From the NCBI GenBank assembly GCA_037447605.1, contig CM074814.1:186001-250000 (forward strand): a stretch of 64,000 nucleotides of DNA. Direction: 5' to 3'. Positions 11,905 through 31,814 of this stretch are shown piece after piece (the stretch's first letter is position 1; the number at the start of each line of letters is the position of its first letter). The stretch is from Zygnema circumcarinatum SAG 698-1b (Eukaryota; Plantae; Zygnematophyceae). The position numbers and the translations under genes were made by a program. A model generated the notes under the pieces. That model saw only the letters and a list, made by a program, of their open reading frames with translations, was not told the origin of the DNA and did no database searches.

Positions 11905-12806
11905 GGGTAGTGATATTTCCACCCCTTTTTTGGATCCAAACACCCCTTCCCGGCCGGGCAGATTTCAAAAAGGATTAAAAACGGAAAATGCTTTTTTCAC
12001 ACCTTTTTGGAATCGATACCCACCCTCCATCGGCAGATTTTTTTTTTGCGAAACAAGGAAAATGATAACCCGTCACCCCATTTTGAATATCCCGCCTACC
12101 TGAATTTTTTTCCACGCGTGCGGTCATCGCAGCCGTCGATTCCCTAGCAGATCGCAACACGGCAGATCACCATTTGATCTGCAGCCGGGCTCGGTCACAG
12201 CGAATGGCACGTGCCCACGTATCCCGCCAAAGTCGTCTCAAAAGTATGTCCGTACAAATGTCGTACGGTCGCAACTTGAGGAACCCAGAATTTCGTACAT
12301 TGAGACCTTAAACCAATCAAAAATTTCCACGTCAATCATGAAACACGTGGCAGATTTTTATTGGCTGGGAACTAACAATGACGAGATCTCGGGCCGAGGG
12401 ACGCGCGCACTCGTACGTGCGATCCGGCTTTGACGGGACTCGTGGGCGCTTTCCATTCGCTAAGATCGAGCCCGGCTGCAGATCGAACGGTGACCTGCCG
12501 TGGTGCGATCTGCGAGGGAATCGACAGATGCGATTGTCACGCACGTCCGCTTCGAGCGGATTCGGGCAGGCAGATATTTCTTTCCCTCAAAAAAAAAATT
12601 CAGGGAGGCGGGATGCAGTATTCAAAATGCAGTGACGGGGTATCATTTTCCTTGGTTAGCAAAAATAAAATCAGCCGACGGAAGAAGGTGGGTATCGATT
12701 CCAAAAAGGTGTTAAAAAAGCATTTTCCGTTTTTAATCCCTTTGGAAATCTGCCCGGCCGGGAAGGGGTGTTTGGATCCAAAAAAGGGGTGGAAATATCA
12801 CTACCC
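11905..12806. mobile_element. Non-autonomous foldback / long-TIR DNA transposon (MULE-like), 902 bp, 8-bp TSD TTCATTAT
   Basis: GGGTAGTGATATTTCCACCCC at 11905 is the reverse complement of GGGGTGGAAATATCACTACCC ending at 12806. The arms align for >300 bp. TTCATTAT flanks both sides (11897-11904 and 12807-12814). Confidence 0.9.
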
Positions 12807-13296
12807 TTCATTATTGCACGTTCGACGGCATGCTTGGCAGTTCGCTTCAATTTTTTTGTTTTGAAGCCGACATTTTACCGTTTTGCTAGCCGACATCGTC
12901 CAACGTCGTGCATCGAGCCATAAACGACAAAAACATGCGCCACGTGGTGTGCTCTGAGGCTTGTCGTGTCCTGACGGGACGGCTACCGGCCGGGCGACCC
13001 CTTGTCGTTTCCAAACCGGCTGCCGGGCAGCAGGCCGTACGGAATCTCCCTCGGGTCACGTCTTATCTGACCGTAATAAAACTTTCGGCTGCCGTTCTGT
13101 CCAACCGCTGGGCGCGAAGTGCTGCCCTACGGTCAGATGAAATGTTTTTCACATGCCCGAGGTTGCTGGAAACATTCAAATCTCTCTCGTGCCCATCTCC
13201 TTCCTCTCAGCGCCTCCTGTCGTCCCCCCGCTCTGTGGGGAGAATTAGGGTTAGGATTAGGGTTAGGGTTTGGAGCTCCTTCTCTGAGGGGTTGCA

Positions 13297-15410
13297 ATGG
13301 GGCGGATGGGAAGGCCGCGCGCCATTAGCATCTCTCCCGACCGCCATAGCCATGGCCATGGTGGCGCCTTCAACAGCTCCTCCTCCTCCTCCCTCCACAC
13401 CTTCATCAAGGGCTGCTTCCTCCCCGGCATGGTAACAGCTTCCGCAATCACAGACTTCCACGTGTCTTCCCCCTCTGACGACGCTGCCACGTGTCCTTCG
13501 CAGCAGCTGTCTCCCACCTCTCCCGGCAATTTTGAAGAAGATGCCTGCGAAGCTTCCTCCGAGTTAGCCATGGCTTCCTTTCCCCTTGAACTCCTCTCGG
13601 ACGACCTTCTCACCGCCTGCTTAGCGAGAGTATCGCGATTATCGCTCGGTTCTGCTCTGAAAGTCTGTCAAAGGTGGCGATATCTCCTGCAGAGCATCGA
13701 CTACAGGCAGGCTCGGAGCTCCCTAGGTAACATTGACAGCTATTTGGCTGTCATCTCCTCCAACGCCGGACCTAGCAGGGACATGCATCCGGTTCTCGTA
13801 CAGCTGTACCACTCACAAAGCGACACTTGGCAGCAGGCAGGGCTGCCAGATAAGCTCATGGCTATCGACGACTTCTCCAGCTGCTGCGCAGTGGGAGAGA
13901 AGCTCTACATTTTTGGAGGAGTCATCGGGAGCTGCAGGTCGGACCCTCCCGTGGTGTATGACATGTGGACGAATTCAGTTCATCGGATTCGGCACATGAA
14001 TTCTCCGCGAACAAGGTTTGTCGTCGGAAATATTAAAGGAAAAATATACGTTGCGGGGGGGCTGAGAGGTTCCCTGGATGCGCCTACGCCGGACGATGCG
14101 AATGTGGATGAGCTCATGGTGAATCTCGCCAACGTGGCGGCGCTGACAGCTGGCGGCCTGGAACAGCGGCCACGTGGCAGCAGGGAGCAGCTGCCAGATG
14201 GCGAGCAAGGAGAGGTGGAAGATCATGCGCAAGCTTTCCAGCGGGTGATGAATTTTGCAAGGGACAGAGGATCGAGGAGGCGACAGCTGGCGGTATTCAC
14301 ACAGTCTCGGGATTTGCGGAGTGCTGAGGTGTACGACCCTGCTACTGACATGTGGCAAGGGCTCCCGAAGATGACGCACGCGCGAGTGGGATGTGTGGGC
14401 GGAGCTGTGGGAGGGAAGCTGTTTGTGATTGGAGGGTCCTGCAAAGTGCATTTACCGCTCTTGCAGGTGAGGGACGGGTCTTTTATCTTTGCAAAATGAA
14501 CAGCTTCTTGTTAGGTTTGTTTTTAACGTCGAGAGGTGCTTTCAGTATTGACTCGCCTTGTCATTGAAGGGTTCCTGCTCTCGGGATTGCATGAGTTTGG
14601 AAGTGTATGTGATGAGAGGATGTCGATGATGGCAGACGGGGTATGGGGGTGGAGGCAGGTGGAATGTAGTTGAATGGTGAAGTGATGTGGGTGATGTCGG
14701 TGTTGTGATGTGTCCAATGTATGAGATGTATGTGATGTGGTTGATGTGGGGGGGGGGGGGGGGNNNNNNNNNNGGGGGGTCAGGGTTTTAGCGTTTGTAG
14801 GGTTTTTCAGGTTCCCATGGTTAGGATTCGGGTTAGGGTTAGGGTTAGGGACGTTTTTAGGGTTTTATCATTAATTAATTATGTTAATGTATGTGCATAT
14901 GTGCATCCGCATGGGGGTGTGAACGGTACATGACGTGGCGTTTCTTCTGAATAGGTCTCACAGGAGCGGCTGAACCACAACCTCGAAATTTTCGACCCGG
15001 AGACCAACACATGGACTCTGAAGGATCCCGTCCCTCGGATCGGCTTCATCCTCTCCTCAGTCATTCTCGGCCGTTCGATCTACATCATGCGCAGCGACGC
15101 CAACAAGCTCTCGTGGTTAAAATATGACACAGAAGCTGACTCGTGGACTCCCCTCCACTCCGTACCTCTCCCTACCCACCACCGCCTGACCCACCTCGTA
15201 AAGTTTGAATGCGCAACTGCGGGAAACAAAATCTATGTCGTTCAGATGTGGGGGGGGGTGGAGGATGTCGTTCAGAGGCCCCGGGGCCTCACTGAGGGAG
15301 CTCTTGTGCTTGAATATGACCCCGAGATGGAGGGCTCGGCCGCATGGAGGCGAGTCTCCAACATGCCGGTGATAGCTCGAGGGGGAGCCTGTACAGGTGT
15401 TGGGTGCTGA
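13297..15410 (+). CDS. F-box/kelch-repeat protein; exons 13297-14466 and 14955-15410 (start could also be 13429 or 13570)
   Basis: F-box-like LLSDDLLTACLARV...VCQRWRYLL, then kelch motifs KLYIFGG, KIYVAGG, SAEVYDPATDMW, KLFVIGG, EIFDPETNTW, YDTEADSW. Donor CAG|GTGAGG and acceptor TAG at 14954, both phase 0. Confidence 0.9.
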
Positions 15411-16079
15411 GAGGAGAGGAGAGAGGAGAGGAGAGGGAGAGGAGATCGAGAAACAGCGGAGGGAGGGGTCCTTAGGGTTTGAGAGGAGATCAGGAGAACG
15501 GGGGCGTGAATGACCCCAATTGTCAATTGTCAATTTTTAGAGTGCAAATGTGAGAAGAAAAAGCACTAGGAGGGAGGAGAAACTAGAGCTAGCTTTTTAA
15601 CTTGCTTGGCGTAGACAGGTTGGTTTGTCTGCCAATAAGGGCGGGAGTGGTGGGCATTAACTTCTTTAGTTGTAGAGTTTGGCGAGCTAAAGGCTGATAG
15701 TCATCAGCTATGTTCAACAGCAAAAGAAATGACCTGGAGGGGGGGTGCAATTAGCTTTCTGGGTTCTTGCTAGCTGTGAGAGAAACCACGCATTGGCCGC
15801 CTCGCGGCGATGGCTTTGGGCTCTGCTTGTTTTGCTTTGATATCAAGAAATTGGAAATTCCTGGTTCCTGTCTCTCCTGCGGTCCGTTTTTGTTCCTATG
15901 GCAGGGATCGAACTCGCTCCCTTCTTAAAGCCATTGTTGGATTGTGCTTCGGCATTTCCAGTACAAGAAACAGTACTTTTCAAATTTGACTCGTAGAGAA
16001 AAATGAGTTACCAGGTTTACCAGCATAGTACCAGTTTCGAGAAACGTTGAAGCTTGGATGTGATTGGAGTCCAGGTTGT

Positions 16080-16490
16080 CCACGTGGTGCTTTGCCATCA
16101 TAGCCACGTGTAAGGCATACGGATAGTCCGTACAGAGCGAACACACCGCCCTCCCATTCTCCAAAAGTCGCCACGTGGCAACGACGAGCTAATCCATACC
16201 ACGTGACCCCCTCCTCCCGCCACGTGGCAGTCTGCTGATGGTCTCTTCTTCCCCCTTTGGCGCTGCTGCTGCCATGTGGCAACCAGCTGAGAGTCCTCCT
16301 CCTCAAGCCCTTGCCTCCTGCAGCCACGTGTCCCGCAATTCGATATATCATGGGCCACGTGGCAGTCCCTGACGGTCTCTCCCTTCCCCTTTGACGCTGC
16401 TGCTGCCACGTGGCAACCAGCTCCTCAAGCCCTTGCGTCCTGCAGCCACGTGTCCCGCAATTGGGTATATTAAGGGGGGGGCACGTGGCA
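16080..16490 (+). promoter_or_regulatory. Dense G-box/ABRE (CACGTG, GCCACGTGGC) cluster plus TATA-like box upstream of the NADK3-like gene
   Basis: About 10 CACGTG cores in ~400 bp, partly generated by a ~130-bp tandem duplication (16220-16340 vs 16354-16462). TATATTAA near 16466; ATG at 16526. Confidence 0.65.
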
Positions 16491-16525
16491 GTGAGGGGGT
16501 GGCGGTGGGGGGAGGGGAGTCCGCC

Positions 16526-18556
16526 ATGGCGGGGGCGCGGCGGCTGCTCGTGGTTTTGAAGCGCAGCGCGTTCGACATGTACGGCCGGCAGCACCGCGAC
16601 GCGCGGCTGCGCTCGCTCCTGGAGGCCAACCATCAGGTGCGGCCGCCCGCCAACCCTAGAAGCTTCAATCTTAACATGATTTCAAACCCTAATAATATTT
16701 AACCATAACGTAGAGCAGAGCAGGCTTTCCTGTTGAAAGAATGCAATTTGGACCGATAAACGAAGTGACAACAATCTCAAACCCAATCATCTGCTTTTCC
16801 AGTAATACCCAACTCTGTAATCTTGTTCGTTTGGATCCTACTCTGCTTCAGGGGATTGCTTGGCCTGTCGGAAGGATCTTAACCTCGTCGTGTTGGGCTC
16901 TCTCCCTCCCTCTCTCTCTCTCTCCCTCTCTCTCTCCCCCCCTCTCTCTCTTTCTCTCTCTCTTTCTTCCTCCCCCTTGCCTCGCTCTCCCCCCGAGTCG
17001 CGCTCTCTCTCCCTCTCTCTTTCCCTCCCTCTCCCTCTCCCTCTCCCTCCCTCCCTCCCTCCCCCTCCTCCCTCTTGTTCTTCTCTTGATTCCGAACAGG
17101 CTGTACGGAACATGCTGGATCGGCACAGAGCTCATCAGCAGACCATTGAAACCTGCGAAGGAGTTTTGAACAAACTCGGAGTGAAGTGGGACCGCGTGTG
17201 GAGGGAATCGCTCGACGCAGAAATAAAAAATGTCGATCTCGTGATAACGATCGGCGGCGATGGAACCCTCTTGGACACAAGCCACTATTTGGGCAGTGAC
17301 ATCCCGATTTTGGGAGTGAATTCTGACCCCACATTGGATGCCGAGGTAAGTGACTGGTATGCTTATAAGTGCTCATACGGGTTTATAGGGTTTGTAGGGT
17401 TTATAGGGGCTTATAAAGGAACAAAAATGCGGGAAAAATATTAAAAATTGAACATAAGATAAACTTTAAAGCGGGCGACTTCGTGCAGGTGCAGCAGAAT
17501 TTGGGAGAATTCGACGCCACTCGAAGCCGAGGATTTCTTTGCGGAGCTTCAGCAGGAAATCTCGCAGAGGTAAGTCTTAAAATTGTGTTGTCGAGGAAAT
17601 AAAAGGGGAGTTGGGTGCTGATTCGTTTCAGTTTCTTTTGTTAAAGAAAGATGTTTTTCCTAAAGAAAATGTTCTGAATGTAAGAGAGATACTTCGAGGT
17701 AGTTTTTTTTTTTTCCGCAAAGAAATAGCTGACCTGCGGAGGGGCCGCCAAGGTCATTACCGGTATCTTGGAAGGACGGAGACGTTCGAAATTAGTTGCA
17801 CGGATTTCCACATGTATCGCGGGGAAATCTAAAATTTTGGCGCCTGCCCTAAATGACGTCCTTTTGGCCCATCCGAACCCGGCTGCAGTCTCCCGCTTCA
17901 GTTTTGAGTGAGTGTGGATACCTTCTCCCCCACTTTCTGATAGAGAGAGTGAGAGAGAAAGAGATAGAGAGTGAGGGGAGAGGGAGAAGATAGAGAGGAG
18001 AGAGGGAGAGGGAGAGGGAGAGGGAGAGGGAGAGGNNNNNNNNNNAGAGGGAGAGAGGGAGAGGGGGAGAGGGGGAGAGCACATTGGCAGAGGGGGAGAG
18101 CACATTGGCAGAGGGGGAGAGAAGGGGAAAAGACGGAGAGACTGTCAGAAAGAGAAGCCCTAAACCGAAGTCTGTGCTGTTCTTTCGCGCAGAATCAAAA
18201 CTTGGACCGAAAATTCCGCCAAGTCGTCGTTGGTCCACTGTCGATCGAGCGGTCTCCGCGTGTGCACAGCGAGTGGATCGACGGCTGCGATGCGATCTGC
18301 GGGAGGGCTCCCCATGGAGCTGTCCTCTACCCATCTGCAGTACATGGTGCGGGAGCCCATAGAGCCCCATTCGTCCTTCGCTTCCAGAATGCAGGGGTGG
18401 GTCGGAGAGGGAGAGGTCCTGAGGGTGCATTGGGGCACGAGGCAGGGCAGAGTGTATGGGGATGGGTCCCACCTCTGCCATGATGTAGGCCTCGGCGACA
18501 TCATCGAATTTTTTTCTGACGCGCCTCCCCTGCGTATGTACACATATTCAGAGTGA
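16526..18556 (+). CDS. NADK3: NADH kinase (plant NADK3-like); exons 16526-16636, 17100-17345, 17489-17569, 17753-17907, 18193-18556
   Basis: Motifs DLVITIGGDGTLL, PILGVNSDPT, FDATRSRGFLC, ALNDVLLAHPNPAAVSRFSF, CRSSGLRVCTASGSTAAMRSAGG, LQYMVREP. All junctions in phase. Confidence 0.93.
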
Positions 18557-21496
18557 TGTTCCGCCAAATCTGGCCTCTAACTTGAAGGCTTTTAGGGTAT
18601 GTTTGTTGAAAAGAGCAGTTAGAAGGCTGTTAGCCACTGATCGATCGACTTTCAATGTTGAATAGCAAAAATACGCACACTCGAGGGTCAGATTTTTCTT
18701 TCTGACAAAAGTCTTTGGTCAGGCCCCCCTAAACTAAAAGCTTGGATGCGTTCGTAGAGGAGAGGGAATGCATGGAATGGATGGTGCATGGTCTCACATA
18801 CATCGTGCTGTTCCATGTGATGCGTATCACGCTCGTGCGACTGATGACGCCGTTACATGTCAGAACGGCCACGTTTGCAAGTGACGACACGTCGAGGCGA
18901 AGAAATGAACGGAGAAAGATATCAAGAAGTTAGGAAAGTTAAAGTTGAAAGAAGTTGCAGGAAGTTGAAGAATGTTGAAAGAAGTTGGACCATGAAAACG
19001 CACCCAAGTGTTTGCTCGTTCACGTTCACAACAACGGAGCCCTAGAAGTCCAGTTCAGTAAAGTATCGTATCGGGCACATCCCGATATGATACCGTGAAC
19101 CAGAAACTGTTGGTTTGCGGTTTGACAGTTTTCACAATTCCTGGTTTTCCGGTTTTCCGGTTTTCCGGCCCTCAGAATGTCCACAGTCCAGACATTTCCC
19201 GAAAACAACACGTGTACCGTACGTTCCATAATGAGCCAAAAGTACTGTACGGCATATACGGTACAGTAGTACGTTACATAAATATCTTGACTTTGTCACC
19301 ATCGTACTTCCAACGTTAGTATCTTCGTAAGCCAACGTGGCCGAACCGCCTTGTTTTGTCGTTTTGCTGCCGGCGGGTCTTTTCAAATCCGTACCAAATC
19401 CTTCCCGAACAGTGTCCGTACATACTGCCGGACGTACAGTATTTGTACAACCAGATCTCTTTCTGTACCTTCTCGAAGATTTTTCCAGGTATCGACCAAT
19501 CAGAGGACAGACACGTTGATTCTGGTTGTGGATCGGATCCACCCTCATCCCTAATAACGACAGACAGGCGAATCAAAACGGGCCACGTCGCCAATGTTCC
19601 GCTAGACGCCAAAATTCCCCTACGAGCCGCCCTGCCAGCTCGACGACGGCAATCGTCCGTCCGTACGGTCAAGCGTTGACTCTGTCGTGTTCACACATCA
19701 AAAACCGGTCCGTTTTTTTTCCTTTTCCAAGTGTGAACGCCCTTTGGGTATCCAAATCTCGGATCTGCCAACGTGGCAATATACCGATTCCGAGATATTT
19801 CGTGCTATTTGTCGCTTAGCGGCGGGAAAGGGCGGATGAATGGCGGCTTTCCACGTGGCAGTTGGCGGGCGGGCGGGGGTTCGAGCCCCGGCGGGCGCAG
19901 ATTCGGAGGGAGCGGCGGCCGTGCGACCACTGCGGCGGCGAGGGGGGGCGACGCGGCCTGCGCCAGAGGGCGCCACGTGGCGGGAGGGACTGCCCTGTCA
20001 CGGAGGGAGGGAGGAAGGGGGCAGATTTTTAGGGTTGCCGCGCTGACTGGGACGGAGGGACGGGGGAGGTTGAGGGAGGAGACGGAGGGAGAGGGAGGTA
20101 GAGAGAGGGAGAGGGAGAGAGAGGGAGGGAGAGGGAGGAGGGAGGAGGGAGGAGGGAGAGGGAGAGGGAGAGGGAGGGAGGAGGGAATGGTGTTTCATGG
20201 AGAATGATTGAGAGTGTCGTTTAGAAAGGAAGCGAGCAGGAGAGGTAGATGAAGAGGGAGATAGAGGGATAGAGTGGGAGAGGATTGACATTCGCGGAAT
20301 TGGAGAGAATGAGAGAGGACAGTAGATAGGGTGGGTAGATAGGGTGACAGGGCGCGGCAGGGGAATACAGGGCAGAGGGAGGGAGAGGCGGAGGTAGAGG
20401 ACAACAGGTACAGAGAAGGGGGAGGAGAGGGAGATTGTCAGAGAGAGAGAGAGGGTGAGGGAAGTCTGCGTGGACAATGGACGACTCCAAATACTGAGGT
20501 GTGCCCTCCTTTCCTCCCAAATATCACAGCTGTAAGGCTGACTACGTCAGGCATTTGAATGTGGCTTTGAGGGGTTTGCATGGCATTCAAAAAATCTGGA
20601 ATGCGTGACTGAGGGTTCAGAGTCTCTTGGTGTGAGTTTGAGGTGTTGAAAGTGGGCGGGAAGTGAACTGGGGGTCTGAGAATTCACGCATTTCCATGCT
20701 AGGCAGTGACGATTCTCAGTAGAACAGGGTGAAAATGAACGGATAACTGAAATATGTCTGCATGTAGAGAGAGCATTGCATGCGTCGATCTCAGTACGAC
20801 TGCATTTGGAAGGCAAACCTGGAAGGAACATTTGTAGATAAGGTGACATGGAAACGAGTTATGTTGTATGTGAAACAATGCCACTGAAGTGGAGAACATG
20901 AAGGCGGCCTTTCTTAAGCCGGGTGCTCATAGGGTTGTGTGACTGTCAAGGTGTGGTGATGAGGGCGAACAAGGGGGGAGTACTGAAGACTGTGAGACTG
21001 AACAAGTAGCTTCTGCATTCGTTTTGAAATGTGTGTTGACGCGTTGAATAGATGACACAGAAAGGCCATCAAATGATATAGGAGGAGGGGACAGTGGACG
21101 GGGATAGGAGAGCGAATATAGAAGAGAGCAAGGAGAAGGGGGAGGAGGGACGAGGGGGAAGGGGGAGTGGGAGGAGAGGCGAGGGAGATGGAGAACTGCA
21201 GTGGAGAGAAGAAGAGGAGCGGATAAGAGAGGGAAGGAAAGGGAAGAGTGAAGAAGGCGGAGGGACGAAGGGCGCAAGCAGAGATATGAAGAAAAGTACG
21301 GAGGGGAGAGTGTTTAGTTCAGCCAGTCCATGCCAGTCAATGTTTCATTATTGCTGATTATGTGCGCATGCATTGCATGTTTGTTGGCTGCAATGACTGT
21401 TCGGATGTGTAGCGAATCTTCCGACTTTGCTAGTTTCAATGCATGATTCTGATGTTTGACAGGTTACAATTGTAATGCAGATCCCCCATCATCCGT

Positions 21497-27940
<6,444 letters not shown>

Positions 27941-29017
27941 ACTTCAAATCTGCAAATTTTTCCATGTGAAACGTTTGGAGGTGTTCAGAAGACTGTTTAC
28001 TTCTGACTTTGGTGTGGATAGTGTGCTGATAGGAAGAATCCCGTTTGAGGGAGGGAGGGAGGGAGAGTGGGAGAGGGAGAGAGAGAGAGCGAGAGAGATA
28101 GAGTGAGAGTTGTCCATTCGGTTGGTTGCTGTGTCTAATCAATGCATTATTAGAGGTATTTTTGTATGATGCAGAGAGGCCTAAGCACGTGCGAAATTAG
28201 TGCTTAGGCTTCAAGGGGTCCTTTCACTTTATTCCCTTGCTATTGTAGTGGTTGGCTTGATTCTTCTGCATTGAGGCCCGCCATTGGGGCCTGTAATAAG
28301 TAAGTAGTCCGTCGCTGTAAGCGTGCAGCGAGATAGCTCCGTAAAACATTGCCATGTTTTCGAGAGTGTGGGATTTCCGTTCGCGGAATGTGAATTTGTG
28401 TTCTAAGGAAAAAAAAGATTATTAGTTGTGGAAATTCCGCGCCTCGTGTGTGTTTGTGTGTTGATTCCTTATTTCCTATTTCCCTCCCCCACCCTCCTCC
28501 CTCCTCCCTTCTCCCTCAGTCCCCCTCTCTGCCCCTCCTCGTCTTTTCGCACTCCCTCTCGCCCTACCCCCTCGCTCACCCAATTCCCTCCCTTCTCTTT
28601 CCCTGTGCCTTTACACTCCCCCCCCCTCCTTTTCCCACTCCTCTCCATCTCCTTCTCCCTCCCCTCCCTCCCCTCCCCTCTCCCGCGTCCCCTCCCTCTC
28701 TATCAGACCTGCACCATTGGATTTCTTCCCTTAATCCAAGATACTCCCTCTCCCTCCTCCTTGCCTCTTGCTGTGTTATCGACTTTCAGAAGAATGTGCT
28801 CTTGAATCCACAAATGGTTGGACAAGCCATCCGTCGTGGCTACAAAATGGCACATTCAACGTTTAGCATTCGTCACGCCCTCTCTCCCTCTCCCCTCCCT
28901 TCTCCCTCTCCCTCCCCCCGTCTCTCTCCGCCCTTCTCCCCTTCCCCTCCGTCCCCATCACTCCCTCCAAGCATCTCCCCCGTCGTGTGTGTCTGTGATA
29001 TGAAGTGTCAGAATGTG

Positions 29018-31814
29018 CCCACGTCAGAAAGACAAATGCCGATAGCCACAACATGAACAAAGCATGTCAAGTTCAGAGTGGCTTTGAGAGCAACAATCGT
29101 TAGAATTCTAATTTGTAGTTTACAATGTTCATTTTTTGAAGGCAAATATATCTCAGTACGTGATCAAGACGATATACCTCGCGATGTCACTGTGCCGATA
29201 TATCTCAATATATGCCTTCCTGTCGCTTAGATGGTACCGTGGTTTCCCTCCCCTCAACATTCCGAGCCCTTCCTCCTCCGGCCATGGCTACCCTCCTCAC
29301 CACCTCGCTGCATTCCTTAGGCCACTCCCTCTGCTGCTCCTCTCCTTCTCCCCTCCTTCCTTCAGCTCTAGTTCCCTCGATTTCGCTCAGAGCCTCTCAC
29401 AAACCTTTTCTTTCACGACCCTGCAGCCATGGCAGCCATGGGGTCCCTTCCGCTCTATGCCCTTCCTCCGCTCTCTCTCCCTCTCCGTATTCCTCTCTCT
29501 CTCCTTATTTTTCCATTCCTCATTCAGACACAGAACTAGGTCCGTCCAATTCTATGGGGAGGAGGCAAAAGGTGGCCATGGCTGTCGTTTGCCGAGCAGA
29601 GAATGGGAGGAGACCCATTGAGAGAGGAGGAGAGAGTGGTTTTCTTGCCTTCTTCTTCGGATGATAGCGTTGATTTCGATGGACTTGACGCTGCGGAGTT
29701 GCAGGCGGACATCCGGCGACTCGCCGGAATGAGGGAGGTGGAAAAATTGAAGGTGAAGGAGCTACGCATACGAGGCTTGTGAGGGTTTCTAGGGGGGATT
29801 TTTTTTTTTTTTTTTTTTACATTGTGATGTGTAGGTCATGTGGTTTTTGGGTCCTCGGAAGCACTTTTGGGGTTAAGGGCACATGAGGTGCACTAGGCAT
29901 CGGCTTAAGACGATAGTGTGATATTTGAAGCATTCAGACAGAACTTCTCAGTATGAGAGGTGCTCCTTTCGCGTTCCCATCCTCCCCCCCACCCCCTCTC
30001 TCTCTCGCTCTCACTCTCTCTCTTTCCCCTGCTCTCCTCTCCCGCCCCCTCTCTTTCCTCTCCCTCAGTCCCCTCCCCCATTTCCTTCTCCTACCTTCTC
30101 CGTCCCCTCCACACTCCCTCTCCCTCCCCTCCTAAAATGTCCTTGAATTGCCATAGGAGTATCTCTCTCTCCGCCAACTGGCCACTCCAATTGCTGAAAC
30201 ATAACTGTGCCGAAATTGGAACCTCCAAAGCTCGTCGAATATTCAACACAAACTTAGACCGGATGTCTCTTCTTCCTCCCCCACATCTTCCCTCCCTTCC
30301 TCCCTCCCTGCCTCCCCCTCTCTCTCTCTCTCCTTCGCTCTCTCTCTCCCTCTCTCTGTTTTCTTTCCCTCTCCATTTCCATCCTGCCTCTCACTTCTCC
30401 CCCCCCCCCCCNNNNNNNNNNCCCACGTCAGAAAGACAAATGCCGATAGCCACAACATGAACAAAGCATGTCAAGTTCAGAGTGGCTTTGAGAGCAACAA
30501 TCGTTAGAATTCTAATTTGTAGTTTACAATGTTCATTTTTTGAAGGCAAATATATCTCAGTACGTGATCAAGACGATATACCTCGCGATGTCACTGTGCC
30601 GATATATCTCAATATATGCCTTCCTGTCGCTTAGATGGTACCGTGGTTTCCCTCCCCTCAACATTCCGAGCCCTTCCTCCTCCGGCCATGGCTACCCTCC
30701 TCACCACCTCGCTGCATTCCTTAGGCCACTCCCTCTGCTGCTCCTCTCCTTCTCCCCTCCTTCCTTCAGCTCTAGTTCCCTCGATTTCGCTCAGAGCCTC
30801 TCACAAACCTTTTCTTTCACGACCCTGCAGCCATGGCAGCCATGGGGTCCCTTCCGCTCTATGCCCTTCCTCCGCTCTCTCTCCCTCTCCGTATTCCTCT
30901 CTCTCTCCTTATTTTTCCATTCCTCATTCAGACACAGAACTAGGTCCGTCCAATTCTATGGGGAGGAGGCAAAAGGTGGCCATGGCTGTCGTTTGCCGAG
31001 CAGAGAATGGGAGGAGACCCATTGAGAGAGGAGGAGAGAGTGGTTCTTGCCTTCTTCTTCGGATGATAGCGTTGATTTCGATGGACTTGACGCTGCGGAG
31101 TTGCAGGCGGACATCCGGCGACTCGCCGGAATGAGGGAGGTGGAAAAATTGAAGGTGAAGGAGCTACGCATACGAGGCTTGTGAGGGTTTCTAGGGGGGA
31201 TTTTTTTTTTTTTTTTTTTTACATTGTGATGTGTAGGTCATGTGGTTTTTGGGTCCTCGGAAGCACTTTTGGGGTTAAGGGCACATGAGGTGCACTAGGC
31301 ATCGGCTTAAGACGATAGTGTGATATTTGAAGCATTCAGACAGAACTTCTCAGTATGAGAGGTGCTCCTTTCGCGTTCCCATCCTCCCCCCCACCCCCTC
31401 TCTCTCTCGCTCTCACTCTCTCTCTTTCCCCTGCTCTCCTCTCCCGCCCCCTCTCTTTCCTCTCCCTCAGTCCCCTCCCCCATTTCCTTCTCCTACCTTC
31501 TCCGTCCCCTCCACACTCCCTCTCCCTCCCCTCCTAAAATGTCCTTGAATTGCCATAGGAGTATCTCTCTCTCCGCCAACTGGCCACTCCAATTGCTGAA
31601 ACATAACTGTGCCGAAATTGGAACCTCCAAAGCTCGTCGAATATTCAACACAAACTTAGACCGGATGTCTCTTCTTCCTCCCCCACATCTTCCCTCCCTT
31701 CCTCCCTCCCTGCCTCCCCCTCTCTCTCTCTCTCCTTCGCTCTCTCTCTCCCTCTCTCTGTTTTCTTTCCCTCTCCATTTCCATCCTGCCTCTCACTTCT
31801 CCCCCCCCCCCCCC
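29018..31814. repeat. 1.4-kb direct duplication across a 10-N gap (probable assembly artefact)
   Basis: 29018-30411 is repeated from 30422 (period 1404), separated by N 30412-30421. The only difference seen is a T-run (TTTT 29640-29643 vs TT 31044-31045). Confidence 0.9.

Noticed and set aside
19496-19515. Other CCAAT...CACG pairs (19496, 47034, 48076)
   Set aside because: The spacing does not fit N9-CCACG or N10-CACG, so they were not counted.
18600-21460. Possible hidden gene or TE upstream of the pseudokinase
   Set aside because: No TIR/TSD pair or coding motif found; consistent with a promoter, GA-rich 5' UTR and a UTR intron ending near 21462.
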